From Antedon mediterranea (Eukaryota > Animalia > Echinodermata): 64,000 nt of DNA. Under the pieces are notes generated by a model. That model was given only the letters and a program-made list of their open reading frames with translations, was not told the origin of the DNA and made no database searches. Position 1 is the stretch's first letter, and each line of letters starts with the position of its first letter. Positions 37,969-50,100 of the stretch are shown here, piece after piece. The stretch covers positions 5,022,001 to 5,086,000 of the forward strand of contig NC_092674.1 in assembly GCF_964355755.1 (NCBI RefSeq), written 5' to 3'. The position numbers and the translations under genes were made by a program.

Positions 37969-38165
37969 CGCCGCCGCGCCGCCCGGCCCCATGTATATGA
38001 TGACGTAACTAACACCGTAAATAAATTAATAACAAACAACTAAACTGGCGGCGCGGTTGGTATGAAATTCCATCGGTTCGTTTGCAGACAGTATGCCTTA
38101 ATTGTTCACATTTTAAAGTTACAAGACATTTTTTGAGAACATAATACCGAGATATTTCATGTACA
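37968..38165 (+). promoter_or_regulatory. Probable SCLT1 promoter/5' UTR (CpG-rich patch, CRE-like TGACGTAA)
   Basis: cccgccgccgcgccgcccggccc and tgacgtaa at ~38001, directly upstream of the ATG at 38166 in otherwise AT-rich DNA. Confidence 0.4.
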
Positions 38166-41100
38166 ATGGTAGATGGTGAAATTGAGTTCCTGCGTGACCA
38201 AGGTTAGTCTACATTTTAAACTATATTTTTAAACATTTAAAGCTAGGCCCACCAGGCCTTTTAATTTTCCACCCACACAGCAGAAGAGGCAGTGCCAGTG
38301 CCAGTGCAGTGTGCAGACCGTCGCAGTCCAGTCTAGGCCTAGGCTAGTAGGCAATTGTAGGCCTAACTAGTAGGTACTTCCTACACTTACAGTATTTCTA
38401 TGACCTAACTAGTTTCTCTAGGCCTAATAAAGGCCTAGCCTAGACCTAAACGGAGGCCTAATAATAATATGTCTAAATTTGGTTAAATTTAATAACAATT
38501 TTTAACTTTATTTTTGTTTTTTTTAACACAATTTTTGCAGTTCAAAGGTTGAGTGCTGAATTGAGAAAGTACCAGGAAAAATATCTTCCATTAGATGAAC
38601 AAGCAAAGGTAAAGATTATCAGAAAAAGTTTAGGCTTGTTCTTTTGTTGAAATGTTGATTATTAAATATTATAAACACCTTTTTTTTTGTAAATTCTGAA
38701 TAAAGATTGACAGACAATCGGGGCCAGAAGATCGGGCACCAACGGGTGTAGACGTTCGGGCCCAAATTTTTCGATGTTCGGCTCAACCGTGTGGACATTC
38801 GGGCCAATATAATTACTATTAGACGATCGGGCCCATTATAAAAATAAAGAAAAAATGATCGGGTCCACGAAAACGAATTGGATTTATAATTGTTCACAAA
38901 TGAAAAAGACCTATAAAGAGTATCCATGGTGACAGTAGAATCTCTTCTTTGGGACACCTTCATAATAAAGCAATTATAATGAACTACTATAATGGAATGG
39001 ATTTACAAACGATACACTTGGCTATCGGACTCAATGTTGAGACTGTCTGATTAAGACTATCAGGCCCAACGCCTAAGACGATAAGAATGTGCCCAATCAT
39101 CTCTATGATAGCTGAGTGATAGTAATTGGATAATAAAAACAAAACATAATTTTGTAAATAATATTTTGTTTCAGAGAGACTTGCAGGATGAAGACTCAAC
39201 ATCAGCCCCTTGGTTAATAAACAAAGGCCTATTATCACCATTGGTTGCCGAGTATGACAAGGAAGTTCATCGCCTCCGACAGGAGATACATGGGTACAAG
39301 ATACAACACCATGAATTATCAGAAAAATGTCAAAGACTCGTTGATGAGAACAACAAGTTGCGATCAGAATTAAAGAATAATATTCAGACGGATTTGGAAT
39401 CATCATTGGCTGTTGATGATAATGACCGTGATATTGATAATGATGTCATTAATAATTTACAAAGACAACTACAGGTGATGCAAAAGGAAAAAGATTATGG
39501 AACGGAAATGTGGCAGGCAACACAACATGAGCTTGAAATACTTACTGAAGAACATAAGGTAAAAAATGAATAAAATACAGTGGAAACCATATTTTTGGTT
39601 TTAGGGTTTTCCAGTAAGATTTACCTGACTAAATTGGCTCCAAACTGTATTATAATATAAAAATATACATACAAAAAACACCTATCTAGTAGTGGTAGGT
39701 TATGCACCTCTGTATTACCCACTATATAACCTCTGGGAGAAAAACCTAGTGTAGATGGAACGTCACATGAACATTGGTTTGCCAATGCCCATCACTATAC
39801 CACTGACTATCATGAACAACATACATGGTCAAAATGGGTGTGTCATGTTCACCTAAAAGTCTTGGCGCAGGTGGTATTCGTAAGGTATGACACACATCGG
39901 ACAAATGACGCACCTCTCCATCCAAGGGGTTGTATAGTGGGTCATACAATTGAAATTGATTGAAACATAGACCAAGAGTAATCAAAGGCTATATCTTGTC
40001 AATTGGATAGACAAAGTACAATATCATTTGACTTGTAATTTGCCAGTCTTGATTTAATATAATAATATACACAAGTTTGTAAATCGCCAATTCCAGCAAC
40101 AATTAGTGATCAAAGGCGCTGTGGACTAAGTTGTTACATCTTTCAACAACATTCTTCTCCCCTCACATCGTGTCATCGGCAGCCAACTACGGCGCCATTA
40201 CGTCTGTCCAAGACAGTGTGCATGTATGAACTAGTACACCGGGGTAACCCCCTACTCGTCTCGAAAGATGTACTAGGTTCTTTAAAGTGCACATGAGCCA
40301 GATATACACTGGACCTACGGTTTATAGTCCTTATCCGAGAAGACTTGTTCTACCACCAGAACCATGGAGCGAGTGAGCCTCGAACCCTTGCCGATGTTAT
40401 GGCTATGGATTACGATTCCACTGTCTTAACCGCTCGGCCACACTCACTCGATTTATACAGTATATTGGAGAACACCACATACATACACTTTCTGAATAGG
40501 GGTTGACCATAGTGTTAAAACATTTTCAGGGTTTTTCCCCATGAGAAAGTGTCTATCTAATGGGATGTCTAAAAGGAGGGGCTCTACTGTTATAAATGAT
40601 GCTTCTTTGTGTTGAAAATATTTTTTATAAACTGGTGTAATTTTGTTTCAGCGTGTATTGCAAGAAGCTGAATTACATTCCCAGACTCATCAAGCAATAC
40701 AGGTAGAATTAGTTCGAAAGGCATACAAAATTTATTGACCAAAAATTAGATAAATATAACCAGGAAATAAGTAATTTTACTCTTCTCTAATTCAACTATT
40801 TAATCAAAAAATGATTAACTAAAACAAACAAGTAGTGGAGCTGTAGCTTGGAGGTTAACAAGCTTGCCTTTCAATCCTGACCTAGTGCCATGGTTCAATA
40901 CTGACTTATGTCCAAGGTTCAATCCTGACCTAGTGCAGGGTTCAATCCTGACCTAGGTCCAGGGTTCAATACTGACCTAGTGCCAGGGTTGTAACTAATG
41001 ACTCTTTCAACTCCACTCCCTAAGCCTCAAATGATATTAACTTTATAAGCATGATACATTATTAAATTGTTTATCCATCCTCTAATCCTCTAATTGGGCA

Positions 41101-44100
41101 AATTTGTGATCGCTATTGGAAGGGTATGAAACAAAAAAAACAAGTATTTAAGTTATAAGCATTTTCTTGAATTGAAAACAAAAAAGACAGAGATAGTTGA
41201 CTTTTTTTTATATTTTACAGGAGAAGGGTACAGAGCTTATAGGAGAAAATCAACAACTGCAGACTAAGACACAAAGATTAGAAATGGTAAGTGAAATAAA
41301 AAAATGTCTGTTAATTAAATCTCTCCTTGTGGAGAGTACTAGTACTACTGACAGGCCTACTATATAATTACACTCTAAAAAAAGGTATTAATTTAAATAC
41401 AATTAAACGATTCAAATGGCTGAGCAGTTAGGACAGGGGCTCCGTTTAACGTACCTAAAGAGCCAACAATATTGGCACTCCTAGTTCTGGTGCTAAAGTC
41501 TTCTTGGATAAGGACTAAGACATAGGTCCAGTGTACACAGTTTGTCCGTGTGCACTTAAAAAAAAAAAACCCCAGTTAATTATTCAAGACAAGTAGGGGG
41601 TTACCCCAATGAACTGGTTCACAAAATAGCCTCTGTTCTGATAGGACAGTGATTACTTTACTATTGGTAATCCTTGGCCACAATACATGTGCCTAAATAA
41701 ATAACAAATAACATTTTTTTTAAATAAAACTGTACATAATTGTTTTGTACCTATCTGGAACCACACACTCAAGATGGAAATTAATGTGTGAAACCGGTAT
41801 GATCATTTTATAAGAAATGAAGATTATGGTACACAAAAACATGTTAGTTTTGTTTACGAAATGTCTCTGTACTCCTTACAAAAAAATGATTTTAATGAAT
41901 GTTCATTTATTTACACACACAATTAATTAATTAAAAAATATAATAACATAATATGTAGAAAATAGTTTATGTATTGTATCTGGAGAGACCAAATAAGCTC
42001 AAACACTGGTTCCACCAGGAAAAAGTTTACAAAATATGTTTTTTTTATTTATATTTATTTGTAATCATTGTTGATTGTAACCTAGACAACAAGTCATCTA
42101 CAGCAGGTTATAAGCTCACAAAATGAAGAGATTGAGAGTCTAAGAACACAGCTAACAAAGGCAAGGAATGATTTTAAGACATCAAGTATCCAGTTGAAAG
42201 ATATGAAAACAACACTGGAAAGCCTTCAAGATCAGATAAAGAAGAAGGTAATATATGTTATGTCAAATAAGGGGCTAAATAGTCCAGGAGTATTAGACTT
42301 TGAGGTAGAAATAAATAGCTAAAGCTGAATTTTTCAGGATAGGTCCCTAATGTTGTCTGAAACAACATACTAAAAGTCCCCGGGTTTCCCCATTGTGCTT
42401 CAACCCGATTTGGCCATTTTTCAAAATGGCGGCCATCTTAAAATTATTTACCATATGCTGACAACCAGTAGGTGTAAGTAAACAATCTTGGTGTCAAAAT
42501 ACTCAGAAGACCAATATTTATATTCACTGTAATGAAAAAGTTTAACAAAAAATGGTCAGAAATGCCTGTTTTGACCTTTGACGCTAAATTTTGATTATCT
42601 CAATATCTCATCAACGACTGGCCGTAGAGACTTCAATGTTGTCCCAAATTATTCAGAATGCCCAACTTTCTATTCACTTTAATGAAAGAAAAATACCAAA
42701 TTCCTTTAGAAACCTTCTATTTTGACCTTTGAACTATTGACCTAGACATATTTTAATTTTATAGACATCTTGGTGATCGATAGGAGTACACAAGCGAAAT
42801 TGGTGTCAAAATACTCAGAAGACACATATTTATATTCATTATAATGGAAAAGTTTTTTAAAAAATTACCGGAAATGCATGTTTTGAACTTTGACCCTAAA
42901 TTTGGATTATCTCAATATCTCATCAACGACTGGCCGTAAAGACTTCAAAGTTGTCCCAAATTATGCGGAATGCCCAACTTTCTATTCACTTTAATGAAAG
43001 AAAAATACCAAATTCCTTTAGAAACCTTCTATTTCGACCTTTGAACCCTTGATCTGGTCATATTTTATACCAAAATTGTATAGAAATCTTGGTGATCAAT
43101 AGGAATAATTTGGTTTCAAAATACTCCAAAACGCCCATGTTTCTGTTTACTCTTATAGAAATAATGTACTAAATGCGATTGAAAGTGTTTTGACCTTTGA
43201 CCTTAATCATTACATTTTAATGAGAATTAGTCTCATTTCGTGCCTAGCTTACCTGTATAAACCGACAATAGCCCGTGCTCTCCAGAGGGAGGGCTTAGAT
43301 GCAAAAAGTTAAATTTAAGTTGACATAAAGATAGACAGAATCTAACAATTCATCAGTATGGCCATTGCCATGAGAGGTAAAATTCATTCCAAATTGCTCA
43401 GATGCTAAACAGACAAACCAAGCCCCAATTTTAAACTATATATATATGATACATTTTACTGTCTTTAGCCTGTTTTCACTTCTTTTATTCATTAGTAACC
43501 AAACAAATTTTATTATTGATTTATTCTTGAAATATTAAGGTTAGAAATTAGTCCTCCAAAAAATGCCACGCCTTCTCTATATGGCTAATATCCATGTTTA
43601 AACTTTGGAGCTACACCAATTCTGAAATGTTTCCTCTTCGGCAGTGCCATTTAATATATAGCAGAGACCACTACTGGTTGATTTGACACACACTTATTGG
43701 TAAAATTGGGGGTTTTTTTTCAATTGAGCTGCACTATTACATTTCTTTGTGTATATAGGTCTGGAGTACATAATTTATCTTATAACATTTTTTAAATTGT
43801 CTAAAACTGCACACTGTACATAGTCACCCACCCAACCATTTATCAAGGTCTCAGTCTAAGTCTCATTTTAGGCTCTAGTCATACTTCCGATTCCTATCTG
43901 ATATGATGCAATTTAATTTTAAAAGAATTATTGTATTTATCTTTAAGATGTGAACATTTTCTCTGTTTTTTTTCTAATCAAAATTCTCTAAAAATCGAAA
44001 ATACTTCAGGACTATATGATGGTTAATAAAATAAGGGCATGAAAATCTGTTGAAGAACTTTACAGTGACAATTTCTTTATAATCCATCTTGATAGATTTG

Positions 44101-47100
44101 TAAGAGTGTCATATTGTATTTTATTATTTAGGTGATTTGTCAAATGACACATTGTGACCCTTTGATACCTGAAATTATGGCCTCATATCTATATTGATGA
44201 ATATTATTATTCGTCCATCGGACATTTTTTCTAGGCTGTTTCAGATAAATTTGACATCTCATGGCATGATGAATGGTATGATATGTCCATCATGCTATTT
44301 GGGACTTGAATTATTAAATTTATTATAATGTAGTGATTAAAGTCAAAGGTAAAAAAACATGGGTGTTTTGGAATATTTTGACAACAAATTCGCTTATGTA
44401 TTCCTATCGATCACCAAGATTTCTATATAATTATGATATAAAATATTGTATTGGCCAGATCAATAGTTCAAATGGCAAAATAGGTGGTTTCTAAAGGCTT
44501 TTAGTATTTTTCTTTAACTACAGTGAATAGAGAGTTGGGCACACTGCTTAATTTAGGACAAATTTGAAGTCTCTACGGCCAGCAGTTGATGCAGTATTGA
44601 GATAACCCAAATTTAGGGTCAAAGTTATAAATTTTGAAACCAATTTCGTATCCTATCGATCACCAAGATGTCTATAAAAATAAATATGCCTACGTCAATA
44701 GTTCAAAGGTCAAAATAGAAGGTTTCTAAAGGTTTTTGGTATTTTTCATTAAAGTAGAAAGTTGGGCATTCCGAATAATTTGGGACAACTTTGAAGTCTC
44801 TACGACCAGTCGTTGATGAGATATTGAGATAATCCAAATTTCGGGTCAAAGTTCAAAACATGCATTTCCGGTCATTTTTTTAAAAACTTTTCCATTATAA
44901 TGAATATAAATATGGGTCTTCTGAGTATTTTGACACCAATTTCGTTTATGTACTCCTATCGATCACCAAGATGTCTATAAAATTAAAATATGCTTAGGTC
45001 AATAGTTCAAAGGTCAGAATAGAAGGTTTCTAAAGGAATTTAGTATTTTTCTTTCATTAGAGTGAATAGAAAGTTGGGCATTCTGAATAATTTGGGACAA
45101 TTTTGAACTCTCTACGGCCAGTCGTTGATGAGATATTGAGATAATCCAAATTTATGGTCAAAGGTCAAAACAGGCATTTCCGGTCATTTTTTTAAAAACT
45201 TCTCCATTACAGTGAATATAAATATTGGTCTTCTGAGTATTTTGACACCAAAATTGTTTACTTACACCTACTGGTTGTCAAAATATGGTAAATAATGTTA
45301 AGATGGCCGCCATTTTGAAAAATGGCCCAATCAGGTTGAAGCACAACGGGGAAACCCGGGGACTTTTAGTATGTTGTTCCAGACAACATTGGAGACCTAT
45401 CCTGAAAAATTCAGCTTTAGCATATTTATTTCTACCTTTGGCCCTTTTTTTGTCTAATACTCCTGGACTAAAAGCTTTGTCTACACTATCAAACTAGTTT
45501 GACAAAAAGAAGTGTGATGTGCCCAAATATGGTAGTGATGTGCCCAAATATGGTAGTGATATGTCCAAATATGGTAGTGATGTGCCCAAATATGTTAGTG
45601 ATATGTCCAAATATGGTAGTGATGTGCTTAAATATGGTAGTGATATGCCCAAATATGGTAGTGATGTGCCCAAATATGGTAGTGATGTTCCCAAATATGG
45701 TACTGATGTGCCCAAATATGGTAGTGATATTACTGTACATCATCATTTCCATTTATGGGTATGTCACATGTTTTTGTCACATAAAGTTTGATAGTGTAGA
45801 GCAAGTTGAAAAAAATATTATCTCTTTAGGCAATGGTGGATATAGACAGTCTGGCCTGGTTTAACAACTGGTGACTGATTAACCTTTCATATACCAAAGA
45901 ATACTACAGTAACTCTAAAACATTTCTAAATCTCTGTCTACACTATCTTTAGGTGACAAAAAATGTGCACATATATGGACATGATTACATCATATCACTA
46001 CCATATTTTATTTCGAGACATCAAACTTTTTTTGTCAAACTGGTTTGATAAGGTGAAAAAGGTGCCCAAATATGGTAGTGATATTCTTAAATATGGTAGT
46101 GATATGACAATAGATTAACTTTCGTTTTTTCAGAATACTGAAGTGACCCAGGCAGTGGGGAAGGAGAAAGCATCCGACAACAGGCTGATGGAATTACAGA
46201 CGGCGTTACAGGAATATGATCATAGGTAAGGATAAGGTTGCATTAAAATGTAAGGAGTGGAGTTGTGGCTTTTGGTCATGATGCTACCACTCCAAGGGTC
46301 CTGGGTTGAAGTCTCGTCCACTCCCAAAGAGGTGTAATAAGACTTTGTTTGTGTAGAGAATCTTGTGTATAATGTCTTGTGAACCTCTGAGGGTCCCTAA
46401 TTATCAGCAATTACTGGATGGATCGCCCTCATTAAATATGGTAAAAAAAATTGACGTTTTGACTACTGAAGCACTGTATGAATTCACATCATTTTTGGAA
46501 ATACTCTAAAATAAATTAATATCATCACAGATATACAGAGTTATAACCATTCCATGAACTGTGTTGTCATGCTCACAACTAATAATAATTTACTTTCTTG
46601 CAGGATGTCTTTACTTACAAAAGAGAATAAAAATTTAAAAAGTGTAAGAGATGAAACTGAGGAAAATTATGGATTGTTGCTAAAACGATGGTAAGTATAC
46701 ATGAAATGTTTGTCAACTACGCCCAACCCATGTTAATGAGACACTTTGTTACCTCTTGTCTGTGTCTTAAGCTCTGTCTACACTATCAAACCAGTTTAAC
46801 AAAAAAGTGTGATGTGCCCAAATATGATAGTGATATGCCCAAATATGGTAGTGATATGACAACATCATGTCCATATATGGGCTTTAATAGGCATTCATTG
46901 TAATTCTATCAATTCAATGTGTAGCACAGAAATGACCTAATCAATTTTGTAAATAATTTATTTCAGTTCTGACGCTGAGAAACGTGAGCGTGAGGCTACT
47001 ATGCAAGTGAAGGATAGCATTCAGTTAGTGGAAAACATGGTACTGGAAAAAGACCAGGTAGTTACCTGATGATTTAGTTGTACTTTATTTCCAACCTCAA

Positions 47101-50100
47101 AAGATAAAAGATCTTTTCTGTAATTTGGACTCGTCCTATTTAATCCATATAATCCATTCATTTTTAAGGCTGTCGTAAGAGAACAACAGTGCCGGGAGAA
47201 ACTAGAGCGTTTACAGGAATCGTTGACACGTCTTGTAAACGAGGCCGGCAAACGCACCAGGCAAGAGGTTGACAATGTTCGTAAACAATGTAACATAAAT
47301 ATTGCTAAATTAATGGAGGAGCTTCAATCTCTTGAAACGGTAAGTAATATTTAAGTATATTTTTCTATCAAGGTTTTGTATCAAGCACTTTTGTTTATGC
47401 CTGGCATCAAGTCAAACACCCACATTATAATTATCTTTATATAAATGAAGCTTAAATTAGAATGTTGATTTTGCTCGTTAAAACATGTGGGCTTAAATTT
47501 GACCTCAAGAGCAGTCCTTGATTTTATCAATGAACAAAGTTAAGTTATACAAGTGTAAAACATTTCTTTTTAGGAAAATGGTGAAAAACAAGCAGAAATT
47601 GAGCGTGCTATGCGTGAAAAAAGAGCAGTGGAAGAAGAACTGCAAAAGGTAAAATGTACATACAATAATTATTTTAAAAGTAAACTGTTACAGGAATAAT
47701 GCCGGGGATCTGAGGGGTGCGTTACTTTGAATTGTTTTTGAAGATACGACATTTGTGGGTCTGTGCAAAGTAATTTTATTTCAAAAGATAACCTACATTG
47801 TGGTGTGTAAAAGATTTTGTACCTTAATACTCTTATTCTGTTTATATTGAAATAGATGTACAAGGAAGGAATGACGGAGTCTAACAATGAACTTAACCAG
47901 AAGTTACAGATGAGGGCGCTAAATGCAGAGCGACTACGCATTGAATCAGAGACGCTCGCAAAATCTCTTGACACAAATTTACAACAACAGAAGCTTCGGT
48001 ATGTCTTAATATTATTCACTGACACTTGTACTGTAATACTACTGCTTACATAATTCAACTTTTTATTCAAATTGTCTGTAGTCTCTTATCCAGTTGTCTT
48101 CTCTTTTTTTTCCAGGCACGATCATGAACAATCTCAACTCATTTTAAACAATACACAGCTGCAGAAAAGACTAGCTGCCTTGTCCAAAGAATGCGAAACG
48201 ATGTCTGAAGAACGACTTATGCTATCGGAAGAGGTTGATAATTACAAGAAACGTGTAACAGAGACGAAAAAGGAGCAAGATGCAACTGAACGCATGTGTC
48301 AAAAAGAGGTATAGTAGAACCGCTTTTTTTTAACACCCCTCTTAAGGAGACACTTTCCTGTGAAACAAACTAGAGGCAATAAATATTTAAATTGTATTCA
48401 CTTAGATAAGATTAACTAAAATGCCTTAAGCTCTTTCAAAACTATCAACCTAGTTTAGCAAAAAAGTGTGATCTGCCCAAATATGGTAGTGATATGACAT
48501 CTTCATGTCCATATATGGGCACATCACATTTTTCTGTCACATACAATTTGATAGTGTAGACAGAGCTTAAACCTAAAGCTCTGTCTACATTGTCAACAAA
48601 CAAAAGGTTGATGTACCCAAATATGGTAGTAATATACTCAAATATGACATCATCATGTCCATATATGGGCACAATAAAATTTGATGCACTCAAGTTGTTG
48701 AACCCCAGTGTTTTGCAATTTCTTGTTAGACAAGTGGTATGGAGCATGAAATGAATCAATTACGCAGGGAATATGAGATCAGATTTGAAACTTTGGAAGA
48801 CACAAATCGACAAGCAATGTTTGAACTTCGTCAGATGCTTACATCCCAACAAAGAATTAGTGCAAAGTATGTAAAAAGTAACATTTATTTTACCTCGTAA
48901 GGCCAATTTACACAAATGAGTGCTAACGGTAAGCAGAGAAGCATGCTGCTTGTCCCACATCTGTATATATCCTGAGCGAATTTTTGCCCATCCGCTCCGC
49001 ATTTTGTTTAATTGTTAAAAAAAAAAACAGATTCTATATCTTTTTCCCTCGTTTACCGCTTAATGTTATACCGTGGAACACACGTTCAATGCGTTTTGTT
49101 TTTTATTATGTAGATGGCGTGAAGAATCAAAGTCACTCGCACAAAAATTTGAATCCAAGGTCAAAGAATTACGGTAAGCTATATAAAAGTCACTTCTTTC
49201 ACAATAGTATACATTTACCTTACCTATCCTCTTCGGGCCGAGTGTCCCATAAGGCTACAAGATTCTCCCTTTAGTCAATTCTGTTTCTAGCTTTAACTTT
49301 AGCTTCATTCCATGATCCCAGCCTAATCTATCTCATTCTTTATCCACTGTGCGCCTCCAGGATGTTTTGGGTTGACCCACCTGACTTTTCCCTATCTGGC
49401 TAATACAGCAGAATGTATTTGAATAAAAATAGTATAAACTAGAGGGTACTCCGAGAGTACAAACCTCCGCCTACTGTAAAATTCCTCTACATAAAATGCC
49501 CCCTGAATATTTTTTTTTAACATTTTTTTTTATTAGTTCTAAGTGTAAATATGTTAACTGCACACTACAAAGTTGTGGATGACAGTGTGGTGTAATGGTT
49601 ATGTATCCAGCCTCTCACAGTTGAGGTCGCTGGTTGAAGCCCCACTGAGGGTTTTTTTTTTTTTTATTATTTTTTTATTTTTTTTTTTTTGGTGGAGTTT
49701 GATCTTTGACCCTGACCCTTCAAAATGTAACCACAATTATATGATGTGTCGTTGATCATTGTGGCTAAGTTTGGTGAGAATCGGATCAAAACTGTGGTCT
49801 CTAGACAGTAAAATAGTTTTTTGTTAGTTTTGACCTATGACCTTTCCCCCTCAAATTCGAACTCGTCCGAGCTTTTTGGGCATATTGAATTGAAATTTAT
49901 ATTTATACTGGGTAACCTCTTCAGTCAAAGACTGGTCTCCCAGAGGGCCCAGTTGGTGATCAGTGGCTGTGATGTACTAATACACCGGGGTAACCCCCTA
50001 CTCGTCTCGAAAGATGTACTAGGTTCTTTAAAGTGCACACGAGCTAGATGTGTACACTGGACCTACGGTTTATAGTCCTTATCCGAGAAGACTCGTTCTA

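Noticed and set aside
37515-38043. Overlapping ORFs with MQYTPIV, HAVHTNR and CSTHQS repeats
   Set aside because: They are translations of a 21-bp minisatellite fused to the orphan ValRS fragment.
45489-45864. CRISPR-like or repeat-protein ORFs in the 21-bp array
   Set aside because: Contiguous tandem units with no unique spacers, inside a MITE, in eukaryotic DNA with no cas genes.
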